NCBI GenBank assembly: GCA_976551045.1
Contig: CDPCPM010000076.1
Coordinates: forward strand, 19,840,001-19,904,000
Length of the DNA stretch: 64,000 nucleotides
Source of the DNA: Glaucostegus cemiculus
Taxonomy: Eukaryota
Reading direction: 5' to 3'
A model generated the notes under the pieces. That model saw nothing but the letters and a program-made list of their open reading frames with translations. It did not search any database and was not told the DNA's origin. How positions within the stretch are numbered: position 1 is the first letter of the stretch; the number at the start of each line of letters is the position of its first letter. Shown here piece after piece: positions 12,321 to 24,600 of the stretch. The translations under genes and the position numbers were made by a program.

Positions 12321-13319
12321 TAATTAAATTAATCTACTGCACGTGAGTTTTGTTTTGAACAAACAGTCTACATAAGTGTGAGACTGTCAACCTTCGACCC
12401 ACTTAGACAGTTAGCTGCCTCTAACCACTTTCTAGCGTTTTTGGGCTCGCAGTGACTAATTGGGAATGCTTTGGATTTCTTTTAACTGTTTCTTGAGCAG
12501 CATTGTTACCAATATTAAGTCTGAGAGAAACCATGGAAATAACCAGAGAGCCATGTAAATCTGAAATGTTCTTCGAGTCAAAACCATTTGTTGCTGAATG
12601 GGTATGAAGACTGTATTTGATGTTGATTGAGGATGTTATCATCAACAGTTGAGGACTACTACACTTGCCAATTTGTTTTCTTTATATATAAAAGACCATC
12701 TCTTTATTGTTAAAACTATCCTGGTACATGAATTCAATGCCAGGCATGTAATCTTAGTATACAGATCATGTCTACCCATGGGGAATTATATAAATTAGTA
12801 GAAAGCTATTGCAGATACAATATAGTAGTTTGCATGGCATAAGGTAGATGCAAGAAACATCCAAGGAAAGATTATCATTAGTAACCATGTGTTACCTACA
12901 TCCTGATGAAAAGGGAAACTTCCTTGTGATGCTAACACTTGAAAATAAAATTGGTCAATGCCAGTGGGAAAACATAATTGCAAATCAACAGCCCGTTTTA
13001 CATTGTGTTCAGTTTTCTTTTCCACAATGGAAATGGCACGATTTAAACTTCCAATTTGTTATTGGTATCACCACTGGATTCGCCTTTGTCAACTTTAAAA
13101 GGATTAAAGGTAACATTGAAGGAGTAAAGGTGAGAATTTGAAGGTAAGTGGCACAGTGGAGCAGAGGCTTAAAATGTGGTAAGAGAAGGTGCACTAACCT
13201 GCAGCAGCCAGCATAGTTCTGACCCAAACCCAGTTCCACAGACCCATTGCTGAGAAAAGAGTCATGTAGGCCAGGAGGATGGTCTATTGTGCCTCTCCTA
13301 CCTCTTTGAAAGCCCACAT

Positions 13320-13830
13320 GTCAACCTTTTCCACATTGCTGCTCAAATTATTCCTCTTCAAGTACAAACCTAATAGTTTCTCTCGTATAGACTACTCCCA
13401 ACATTCTTTCAGATAGTGCATTCCAGATCTTAACAATCCTCTCTGTAAAGTAACTTTTTCCTCAGTTTCCAATCCAAATCTTTCATCAATTACCTTCAAT
13501 CTGTGATTTCTGATTACTGGCTCAGATTCAACTTTCAGAGGACATTGTCTTTCCCTACTTACTCTATCAATCAAAACCTATTGTAATTCTGAATAATTTT
13601 GCCCATATTAGATCTCCTTTTAACCCTTCTCTAAGTTTAGCAATTCTAACTTTTGCAGTCTCCAAATAACTGGAGCCCAAATACCTGGTATCATCCTAGT
13701 AAATCTGCTCTATGTGCTCTCCAAGGCTGGACATTCTTCTTAAACTATGGTGCATAGTGTTTTTTACACTAATGCTCCAACTGAGACTTCACCAGAGATG
13801 TGTAAAATTTTATCATGACTTCCTTGCTGT
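13320..13830 (-). mobile_element. Decayed CR1 ORF2 3' fragment
   Basis: gcattccagatcttaacaatcctctctgtaaa (QRIVKIWNAL on the minus strand), taccttcaatctgtgatt (NHRLKVI), ctggtatcatcctagtaaatct (RFTRMIP). Confidence 0.7.
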
Positions 13831-15179
13831 TTTTGTTTAGTGCCAAAGCATTGCCCTGCCACCAAAGGTTTGTGATTAACTTGATATAACTGGTACCATT
13901 TTCGGCAAATCAGGTGTTCTTGTTTGGTCTGTGATTGTCGTTCTTCCGCAGAGGCACCCAGTGTAGTGCATGGTGAGACCTTAACACTTTATTTGTGTCT
14001 GTTGTCACTATGCATCTCGGAAGGTGGATTCTCTGCCTGCACTACCTCCCAAACAAAACTGGGTTTGGTCACCTCTGATTGCAGCTGGGCAGAGTATGTC
14101 TTGAACACCTGAATCCAGTTGCCACACTGCAGCAGCCTTCCTTTCAACTTGCTAATTCATATCAAAGGTTAAACAGTGTTGGAGAGAGAAAAACAAAATG
14201 ATCCACTCACAAAGGGGAAGAAAAGTAATAGAACCAAGCCAAAAAACGATCTCAGCAAATCAAAACTTTGAAGCTCTTTGACTTTATGTACTGGTTGCTC
14301 AGTTACAACATTACAGGTGAAGGGCAAAAAAATGAAATCTCGTTTGTTCTTGCTGCTGCCAATCTGCAAATAAAGAAAATGACACAATGATAGGTGCTTA
14401 AAGCACTGATGCATTTTGTAGGCCTGCATGGTACCTGATACACAGCATGCCATAATGAGATCTTAAGTGCTAGCAGTAACTTCACAAATAACGTTCAAAG
14501 CTTCCTGCAATATGCAATCATCCCCCCTGCTAGTGATAAGGAGCCATGAATAGGTCCAATGAGCTGATCATCTGTATTAAAAAAGAACTGCTGAGGAAGC
14601 TTGTTCCCTTCACTTTGGTCTAAGTTATTAACACTACATTGCTATAGGCATAGATCTATATTTATAGGTTCTGGAGAAGATCAGAGGAGCCATAACAACA
14701 TTGGTCATGCTTTCTTTGATCCTAGAAACCGTATCATTGTGAATGTTATTTTTTAATGACCACAGTCTGCAATGATTTCTTTCCCCTCAAGAAGAAAATA
14801 AATTTTCTGACAGGTTCAGAAGGGCACCATTGGTTAGGAATTACTGTTGCCTCTAACAACTTACAAACATTTAAAATGTGTATTTGACTTCCTTTTACCT
14901 ATTGTGTTAATGGATGTTGTTCACCCATTTATTTTGACTTTTTGAAATCCAGACAATTTTGTTATATGTAAAATACCTTGGTCTTTTAAAGATAAAGTAC
15001 TTTTGGCTCAAAGAACAGAATTATAGGAAACTCAAATGCCAAGAGTGGCTCTGAGTTACCTTTAAAAAATAAATCTGCAATTCTTGTATTAATCTGGAGG
15101 AAATTGAGCACATGAAGTCAAGGCTTTGTTTTCAGTCAGAGCATTTTGGAAAAGAAAGTTAGGCCTGAATTTAGAACTC

Positions 15180-15410
15180 TCCGAAAAAGAGCAGTTATGT
15201 TATTGGTGGTAGCCTGAGCAATATTTATCTCAGTGAAAACTACTAAAAAGGTTCTCTAAGAACTATTGCATTGCTGTTAATGGGAGCTTGCTACCCACAA
15301 ATTGACAGCAAGTTTCTGCTATTTCTGCAATTGATACCTTTCAAAATGTACTTCATTTGTTATGAAGCACTTCAGGATATCCGTAAGTGATAAATATCTG
15401 TTTCTCTTTG
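15180..15410 (+). mobile_element. Deu-domain SINE remnant (SacSINE1/AmnSINE-like)
   Basis: gcaatatttatctc...cattgctgttaatgggagcttgct...caaattg...tcaaaatgtacttcatttgttatgaagcacttc resembles the recalled DeuSINE core and tail. Confidence 0.65.
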
Positions 15411-16599
15411 TTGTTTGGGGATATAAGTAAGTCCTTGTCCACTTAATTTAAAAAAAAGTTTAAGAACAGATTTGTCCACTGCCTCTTTGTCTTTGTTATG
15501 TACAGCTTCCTCTATAAAGCACAAATGAAAGCATTGAGAGAGCAAACAAGTTCTCACAAAGTGCCTAGGACAACCATTCTATTTTTGTGATCATGTGAAA
15601 ACACAACTGTTAAGAAATTTTGTGCTGGCACAGTACTTGCCATTTGATAGTAAGTCCATTCAATGGCTCACAAGAGCAGTACTGTAATGTGGTAACATGA
15701 AAGAAAATGGACATGCCTGAGAACTTACAAAGGTCACCAGTTAGCAAGCCTCTACACATTCTTCCTTGATGATGGTGTACCAAGTTTAAAGCAAGGAACC
15801 CAAAAAACTTTTGTCGTCCATTTATTAAAATGACATCACTCATTTGTACCTTTACGTGGTAAACAATTACTTCCTCATAACCCCTACATTTGGATCAAAG
15901 GTAAAGGTGCAATGACATGGAGTCTCACTCTTTCTGTGCGGTTACAGCTTTTTTAATGAGTTGGGCCACCTTCTGTGTAGAACTATTTTAACAACATTTC
16001 TAAAGGCTGCGTGTTGAATGGGGTCATTCTATTCTAACCAATTAAGGTGCCAAGAGTTCTTTAAATGTAGCTGGCACAGGAAGGCTGTAGCCTGACCCAT
16101 CTCATACTGCATGTAGCCATGCTGATGAATTATACTAATTTTCTCTTGTATTAAGTACATAGTCAGCATCTTGGGCTACAGGTGTAGCAGCAGGCTTAAC
16201 GTTTTTGTTCAAGCTCAATTAACCCACAATGATTTCAGGATTTACCCAAGATAAATTGGCCTCTAATTAATCACTTCATGTGGTTATTTAGAGCAATTAC
16301 TTCCCTTCCCCTTAAAAATTAGCCACATTATATTTGGTCATATCTTGACACAGAACATCCACAAAATAAAGGTCTTTCACCAACCCATCTATACTGATCA
16401 ACACTGTCCTTTGACAATATGATTCAAGGTGAGACTCAGCAGATGTGGACTACTTTCTATAATCAAGAAGTCACCTCTCAGCCAAGTCAGTCATTGATGA
16501 TAAATTCATTTTTGTTTTTAGTGCACTTTCATATCCTTGGGCTAAATGAGGAAAAGCGTATTTATTATGCTAATCAAACCTAACACAAAACTCATGGTC

Positions 16600-17190
16600 T
16601 ATGAGCCCTGGCCTTCAATGTGCTTCTGAGGCTTGGACTGCCTACTGCAGGCACCTTAAGGCACTGGAAGGATATCACCAATGCTGCCTTTGCAAAATCC
16701 TCTAAACCTACTGGGAGGATAAGCCGCCTCTCCCGTGCCAGTACCTTCAGCTTTGATGCCCCAATTAATTACATTCATTGAGTCACATTGCGCAGGCCAT
16801 ATAATTTGCATATTCAACACCAACCTCTTGACATTTTATTCCATGCTCTGTCTTGGGAAGAAATTAACTAGACAGAGGAATAGATACAAAAATGTTCTCT
16901 GTGTCTTCTTGAAGAAATGCAACATCTCTGTTGACTCCTGTGAATTTCTGGCCCATGCCACTAAAATGGTGGAAGGAGCATTTGGGATGGAACTGAGAAC
17001 CTCAAGTCCATACAATGGGAACACACAGAAGCCCAGTGTAAATGGTGGCACGTTCACACCATCTCACAAACAACCTACCTAGCTGCTGGGCCAGACACCT
17101 CCTGCAACCATTTGTAGTAGACCTTGCAGTTTTGGCATTGGTCTCATCAGTCACCCCCACCCACAGAAACAGAGTGATAGCAGGTTATTT
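16600..17190 (+). mobile_element. RTE-clade LINE 3' fragment
   Basis: ASEAWTAYCRHLKALEGYHQCCLCKIL*TYWEDK from 16622, and LCLGKK..RQRNRYKNVL..LKKCNISVDSCEFLAH in ORF 16735..17082, typical of the RTE post-RT region. Confidence 0.8.
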
Positions 17191-17769
17191 TCAATTTCAA
17201 AGGACAGCACAAGAAAAAAAAATCCATTCCTCATATTGGTCACCTTTGTGTGAAGAAAATTGTCCTGACATCAGAGTCTATTTTGAACCTTGTATGAAGC
17301 ATTTATGTTGGGATGTCACATTGGACATTCAGTGGAGGTAAATATTTTGCACACAGTGAATTACTTCTTTTTATAACAGGCATTACCTGTTCTATTTGGG
17401 TCAGCCTTTTTAGTGGCATATTAACAATGTATAGCTTCAGTATTTGAGCTTCAGCATTTTCTCAAGGTTTAGTGGATTGCTTACCTTAAAACTTGTGTAC
17501 ATTGAGCAGTAGCTTGTTCACTTGAGCCCATGTTGTAGATCTCATTGAATATTGGAGTAGCCAAGAAATTCTGGTGGCAGTCCTCTATTGTTAGTTGATT
17601 GACAGGGCAAATCTTTTCATCACTTCCAAATGGGATCTTATAAATAATGTGCAACAGTGTCTATACTTCTGGGACCAAAAACAAACCCCAGGATTGTTAA
17701 TGTCAAAAAACAACTGACTACTTTGGTTCAGGGCCAATAAGTACACCACCTCTTTCTATTCCTTTCCCT

Positions 17770-18200
17770 CTACAATGTTGGTCTTTAAGGAAATTAACAG
17801 CTTTATGGACAGACGTAGATGTTATTCATATTAACATCCAAAAGGCATTTGATGTAGTTCCACACAAAGTAATTCCAAAAATAAAAGGAGTTGGAGGCAA
17901 TCGTGAGCTGTTGACTGATGGGGAGATAGGAGATAGAGAAAAGGCCAAAAGGAATGTCTTTTGGTAGAATAGCACAAGTGTTTTGATCCAGTGATCTCCA
18001 CTGGGACTTCCATTTTTCACCATGTGTATCAATGGTTTGGATGAATTGAACAGACTGTTTATCAAGTCTTGCTGATGACAGTGGTTATGAGGTAAATAGT
18101 GTAGGTGGGAGCAAATTGGAACTGAATAAAAAGGAGAAGCACGTTGGATGTTCAGTATGAAGAAGTCACTTGGGATCCTGGATTCCAACATGATAGGTTC
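17770..18200 (+). mobile_element. Decayed CR1 reverse transcriptase fragment
   Basis: gtagatgttattcatattaacatccaaaaggcatttgatgtagttccacac = VDVIHINIQKAFDVVPH (cf. DVVY.DF.KAFDKVPH), and atcaagtcttgctgatgaca (LADD). Confidence 0.75.
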
Positions 18201-18305
18201 TGTTTTTTGGCAAGCAATTTGGGGGAGAAAAAAGATGCTTTGAAATTGAAATTGTGCAATTTTGAGCTGATTTGAGTCTCCCCATTGCAGAGTAGAGTCT
18301 GGTCT

Positions 18306-19000
18306 AAAATACAAACAGAGGATGCTGTAAGTACTACTCAGCAGGCCAGGCATAAGTGGAGAGGGAAAGAATTAACACTTTAGGTTACTAACCCTTCATC
18401 AGAACTGGAAAAATAAAAAAATCAAGGATGTTTTAAGTTGCAGAGACAGAGCAGTGGAGATAACAAAGTGAATATTTGTGATAGGGTGGAGACTGAGGTT
18501 TTCCAGTTGACACAATTGCTTTCCATGACATTCCATAGGCAATTGTAGAGTCATAAAGTTATACAACCCTTTGGTCCAACTTGTCCATGCCATCCTGATC
18601 TAGAACCACTTGCCTATGTTTAGCCCATATTCCTCTGAACCTTTCCTATCCACGTACCTGTCTAAATGTTTTTAGTCACAGTTGATCTGTCTGGAGGAGT
18701 GTGAATAGAGGGAGATGAATGAAGCTGGTTAGAAAGAAACAAACAACAATAAAATGCTGGAATGATGAGATGCAGAACACAGTGTTTGCCGGAAATCTGA
18801 ATTAAATGTACTTAGCAGATCAGGTAGATCAGGTGGAGTGAGAAAAACTGAATATTGAAGGTGGGTGATCTCACATCAGAACTGGACAGTTATTTATCTG
18901 GTAACTCTGCAGAATTACATATTTACAGTGGTAGCACATCCCAACACAGCAGGAAAGGCTGAGTTCAATATTGAGTCTCGAGAGCTGCAACATACCTGAT
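18306..19000 (-). mobile_element. Penelope-derived remnant interrupted by a CR1 tail fragment (~18545-18670)
   Basis: The same terminal unit as at 5670 (ctcagcaggccaggc...aacccttcatcagaactgg) occurs at ~18310 and ~18800. gagttcaatattgagtc at ~18961 resembles the LNIE end of the endonuclease. Confidence 0.65.
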
Positions 19001-19407
19001 ATCTGATTGGATGGATTGATGATACAAAGTAACACTGTTTTGTGAATCAGATTAAACCCACCCTATGCTGTCTCTGAAAAGCAAGTCTTGTAAGATAATT
19101 TAAAAGTGGTTCATGACATCCCACCCTTAGCATACCTGAACTACAGGATGATTTAGTCTGGGATGTCTCAGTCAGCAGTGAACCGCTGGCACTCATCTCA
19201 CCCCTATGTCCCTTGAGCTTGTTCTGAGGCCAGACCCTGATTGACAAAGCCATGAGGAGTGCAGGTCCTTTCCTTTGCAAGCTCCACCATAGTATCTGCA
19301 TTGACAGCCAGTAAAGCTGCACCCCAGAAAGACTTTGATAGCTGGTCAAAGTGCATCCTGCAGAAGAGCTTCAAAAGCTCCACTCCCAGGTTTATTGATT
19401 GTCAAGA

Positions 19408-19527
19408 CAGACACAAGAGACTGCAGCTGCTGGAGTCTGGAGCAAAAAATAAACTGCTGGAGGTACTCAGCAGGTTGAGTGGCATCCTTGGGGGGAACAT
19501 GTTAGGTCAAGACCCTGCATCAGGACA
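19408..19527. mobile_element. Short Penelope-derived terminal fragment
   Basis: acacaagagactgcagctgctggagtctggagcaaaaaataaactgctggaggtactcagcagg...gaccctgcatcaggac. Confidence 0.6.
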
Positions 19528-20359
19528 CAGTGATTGTCAAAAGGATTTGAATATCTGAGCCTGCCTCTTATGTAACAAATATACGTAAACATGGAAAATA
19601 TTTTTTAAAAACTTTAAAAATCATCCAATTAAATTAACTTTGAAAGCTACATGAATCAAAATTAAAACATGATTAAAAGAAGAATTAAAATAAAACATGA
19701 ACAATCAATAATTGCTGCCCTGCGACAGAACTGACTTGGCACAGGCTCAGCAATCAGATTTCCTAATGTGTGCTTGGAAACTGCAGAAGGTTGACACGCT
19801 ATCAGCAGATTCCACAAGGAGTCCAAAACAGTGGCAAAAAGCTCTCAGCAAGGTTAGGTTGCCCATGTTTTAACGAGTGGTTCTCAGGAGTATTTTGGAT
19901 TGTCTACCTAGCCCTGCCTGCAAATATCGTGCACACTATTAGTTTGCAACAGCCTTTTTCACAGAAGAGCTCATTTCTTGGAGATAACTGCACTGGAGTA
20001 CAGTTCCACTTGTTACCAGTTAGTTGTTTGCCTAATGCCTTCAGTCTGAGAAGGAAGAAGTATTACAGCCAGAGCTATGTTTTTTAAGAGAAATGATTAG
20101 ACTGTGCTACAAAGTGGCAATTCCACTGATTATCCACAATAACACTAGGTAGCATATGGATCCTTGAAAGGATAATGTGTGAAATCAACCAACATTAGCA
20201 CAAAATACATTAGTGAATGAGCAGCCCATTTTGCACTGTAGCCAATTACCTTGTCTGTTGATATCAATGCAATAGAAATTCAGATTTAAAAATAAAGTAC
20301 ACCAGATTTTCCAAAAGACCATTTCACATCATTCATGTAAACTAATTTCTCCTTGATTA

Positions 20360-20770
20360 TTCATTTATAAGATAGGTGTGTCACTGGCTGAGTCAGCATT
20401 TATTATTCATCCCTAATTGTTCTGAAACAGAGAGGCCTGCTTGAACATTTTAAAGCAGTTAAGAGTCAAATACTGCTGGAATTATGAAATAAAATAAACA
20501 AAATGTTGGAATCCGTGGAGAGAGAAACAGAGTTATCATCTTAGGTCACAAATTCCTCTCATCACAAATTCTGTTTCTCTCTCCAAGGGGCTACTGGGCT
20601 TTTTCTGCTTTATTACTATTACCAATTTTTAATTGCAAATATATGTAATTCAATTTAAATTCCCCAGCTGTCACACAGGGGTGTGAATGCATATCCCCAA
20701 ATTAATCATCCAAGGCTCTAGATACTTATTCAGTAAAAACCAGGTCATTGTCCCCTACACTGCTATATCT
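20360..20770 (-). mobile_element. Old SINE-like repeat interrupted at ~20485-20615 by a palindromic Penelope-derived insert
   Basis: cagcatttattattcatccctaattg is the reverse complement of the tail seen at ~35460-35487 (taattagggatgtacaataaatg). Head-like sequence lies at 20650-20740. Confidence 0.55.
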
Positions 20771-21556
20771 CCAATAGCTCCAGTTGTTCTACAGTCGATA
20801 TGGCTGAAGTCCCTGAGGCAAAGAAAAACAAAGCACTGACTCTTTATCAGCATTGGCTGCTTATCTGCACAGTTACTTGTATTATGAATGTAGGATGATA
20901 CTCTCATTGATCTTTTTGAAGTGAGCCTAATCAAAGTATTAAACAGCTATGGAGATTTTATTTGGTCCTGTTGAAAATTTACTTTCAAGTTATTTATATA
21001 CTGCAAACTCTTTAAATTGCACAGCTTTTAAAAATGTTTCCAGTTATTCTTTCATTAGATTTTATAATTCCGCATGACCAGAGGAAAAGCATAAGTGGCC
21101 AAATGGCTAAGAGAGATCATTTCAATTTTTTTTAAATTTCCCAGGTTTAGAACTGGGACTCAATGGAGAGTGTCATTTGATGACAGACAAGGTGAATTGC
21201 CTACTATTCATTCATAATGTTATACAGTACAGTACAGAAACTGGTTTGTGGAGTTATTGGTTGTGGAATAGGTTTGCTCTTAGCTTTCTTCCCATACAAA
21301 AAAAACCTGTGGGTTTTAAGCTCTGTTGTAATGTTGGTGTAGGACAACCCTGTGTAGGAACATGAATCATATACATTGCTTAGTAGAGAACATCAAGGAT
21401 GTCCATTACCTACATCAGTTCAAAAGCTAGAAACTATCACAAGGCCAGGCCAATTATTACAAATTAAACTATTGTTCAAACTTGTATGTGATTCATTGAA
21501 ACAAAAATATAGACAAGAAACTGCAAAATAGTTAGTTATTTACATCATAATCTGTC

Positions 21557-21604
21557 ATGCTAAATGTGTATATAGTAGTGACAGTAAAACTGATTCTGAT
21601 TCTG
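21557..21604 (+). mobile_element. Extremely 5'-truncated Rex1/Babar-type 3' tail
   Basis: aatgtgtatatagtagtgacagtaaaactgattctgattctga is nearly identical to the reverse complement of ~62288-62330. Confidence 0.8.
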
Positions 21605-24600
21605 AAGTTGCTCTCCCAAGGAACTCTTAGAAAAGCACTGCTTATTCAGCCCAATCCACTTCCTGTTTAATGATGACAATAAAATACAACAGTTAAGTAC
21701 TGTTGTACTGGTTGGGAAAATGTGCACCCATTTGATGCATCAAAATTATTTCTGAAAATATTATTGCCCATCAAGCTACTCTATATCAAAACAACATTGT
21801 GGCCCAAAGATGCAAAAAGACACCAGTGAACTAAAGATTTAGAATCAAAGTAATAGAGCAAACGTATTGAAAACAATTAAGAGTAAAGTACTTGAGGAAA
21901 CCAACTGGAATTTTCTCAGCTCCTCATTTTCACTGAGATACACAGTTAGCATTGTGGTGTGAGGACGGCCAATGTCTGCCTAATAAATCTGGAATGAAAT
22001 GTTATTTCCCCACTAACAGATATGCTGATATAGTCTGTAACTACACTAAGTTCTTTCCTTGAATTTTAATATACATTAAGATCCAAAGCACCCAGTTTCA
22101 CTGAAAGGCATATTTAAAAAAAAAGCCCACATCTCTGGTTTGACCAATTTGCCACAGTTCTTAGTTGAACAAATCCTGTTTTTTCTGACAGGAGTAATCT
22201 ATGCTTCACAATAGCCCCAACTAACAGAGTTCCTTTAAGTGAAAAGTGTTTGTTTCACACTGTTGTACATGGTCAAGTTTGCAAAAAAAAACTTTTGTTC
22301 ATTTGTGCACCTCTTTACAGAGAAATCTAAGTTAATTGCATTATCTGGGTTTATTCTGTGTCGATATCCATTAGTTTCAGATCCAGAGATGTATCTATTC
22401 TTTACATTGGTTTCTGCTTCAACAATTTCTTGGGAAAAAGCATTCCAGGCCTGAAAATGGTTAGGCTTTCCTTCCATTAGGATCTATTCACCTCCACTTC
22501 CCAGGGAAAGTGGTACCAGTCTCCAAGAAGTAGCAATCATTGCTCCGTGGCCCAAATGGAAATGATTTTATAGTTAACTCATCTCCCTTCATATAAGCCA
22601 TCACCTACAATTGGTGTGGTGCAGTCTCTTTCAAAGCTTGCAAGGCAGTAGGCCTGCTGCTCTTTCCTGTGCTTCTTCTCCTTTAATTAAATTGCCATTG
22701 ATCTTGCAACACTGACAAAATAATGTAGCTGAGCTTTGGCAGGCTCCTATCTGATGAAGGGAATCCCAGTGGGTTGCCTCTGTGAACCCAAGGAAATTGG
22801 TTGGAACCAGAAGAATACAGACAAGTTTTAGTCTTCGGTTGCAGTGACATTACAGAGTTGTGCATAAATTTCATATTTTGTATTCCTATTATTAATGCCA
22901 ATGACTACATTTATTATTAAAACTATATATGGAATTTTCATGCTGTATTGTCATTGTTGTACTGGTGGAGGCATTGCAGCTAATAGAAAGAACGTCTGGC
23001 AATAGGATTCATAAAATATTTTGTAGACATAAACCATTCACAACCCTTGATTAAATTGCAGGCTGTGACACATCGGACCTTAATCTCCAAGTCTAGTATG
23101 AGTTCACAAGCAGCACACAGTCAATAAAGGAAGAAAATTATGAGGCTTTTTATCTTGTGATGCAAACAACTATCAAAAATGAATTCAATTGTCTCAGCAT
23201 AGTTAGTTGATTTCAATACTGACATATCAGAAGCCAGCAAGATTTTGAGCTCCCTCCTAAATCCACTTCCTGAGTTATAGTCAGCAAATCTAACATCAGC
23301 TCTTTTCAGGTCAGTTCTGCCTGGCTGTGCTATAAATTTGGACCAGTACAGGATGCCAAGAGGAAATTGCTCTGCTTTGAACATGAACAGACTCTTCAAC
23401 TATTGGGGTTGTTCAATTTCCTTTCAGCCTGAAGCAGGAGTGATGTTTTCCTCAAGATCTCTTTGAAGTTAATACAATTCGCATTCCCAAATCTGAGCTA
23501 GCTTTTACTTCCTATGTGTAAGCGAAGATTAGTGCAACTGTTATTTCGAAATGTCTTTGAGGATCTTGATAAAAACTAGTATTTTCTTCTGGATTTGCAT
23601 TACGGTTCCTACCTGTGGCCTGTGTTTAGCAACCACTTTGTTGTATATTTATGTGGAGAATGTATGATGTACTGAGACTTAGAAGTTCTAATGCATCCAA
23701 AATAAAGTGGCATTGCAGTGGAGGGTGCAGGGCAATGACCAGTTCGGTTTTTCCCACACCTCCAGTCCCCTAATGTAAGTTTTAATTGCAGAACTGAATA
23801 AGCATTGTGTGCTTTGGGATCGAGAGACCGGCACCTGTTAGTTTGTTCCCAGGTTTAGGGGTGTGGAGGGGTTTGGAATAGCTGACAGCTAATCAGGACT
23901 GTGCTCTGACAAGACACAGGCAGCATTATGCTGTAATAATTGAGGTGGAAAGGGCGAGGTGGGTATCAGAGGTAGTAATAGTGTTGGGTGGGTCTGAGAG
24001 ACACCCAATGCCTCTGTTGTGATGCTCGGGGGAGTGGAGGACTGGATTATGTTAAAGATCAGGCCAATAGGGAACAGGACCAGTGGTTTGCGGAAAGAGT
24101 CCCAAAGCATGGTAGAAGCAGAGTTTGGGCCAGAGATCGAGATGTGGTGTGAGGCAGTTGATGCACTGCAGGTTGTGGTGGGGGCCAAAAAGTGAAAGCT
24201 GAGTGAGTGGCTTAACTGACAGAATGACACTATCCAAAGAAAACCAGCTTATCCTGGGAGAGCCAGATACCAGGCAAGTTCCCTCCCAATGGTAGGAAAA
24301 GGACCACTGCAATGGGCACTGACAACAATACTCAATTCTCAAAAGTACAAGGGTGTTTCACTCTCTGAAGTGACTGCTTGAACACCTGAAGAGATGTGAA
24401 CTGACCCAGACATAGTAGTTATCACATTTTGTTCCAGAAAGAAAAACCTATGTTCTATCTGATATTGCTAAAAAGAAGTGATTAAATTGCTAGGCATGTG
24501 ACTCTACTCTGTAATAATCTGGCAATGAATTGCCCAAGTCACTTTAATTTTCTCCCTTGTGGCCTTCATAGTAAAGCAAAACCAGTGCAGTAAATGTATG

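Noticed and set aside
13105-13149. Three clustered donor-like sites (AAG|GTAACA, AAG|GTGAGA, AAG|GTAAGT)
   Set aside because: They appear to come from a short tandem duplication, and there is no convincing upstream acceptor or coding frame.
17826-18353. 175-aa minus-strand ORF
   Set aside because: It is the antisense of a decayed CR1 RT fragment plus a Penelope end, with no protein-like features.
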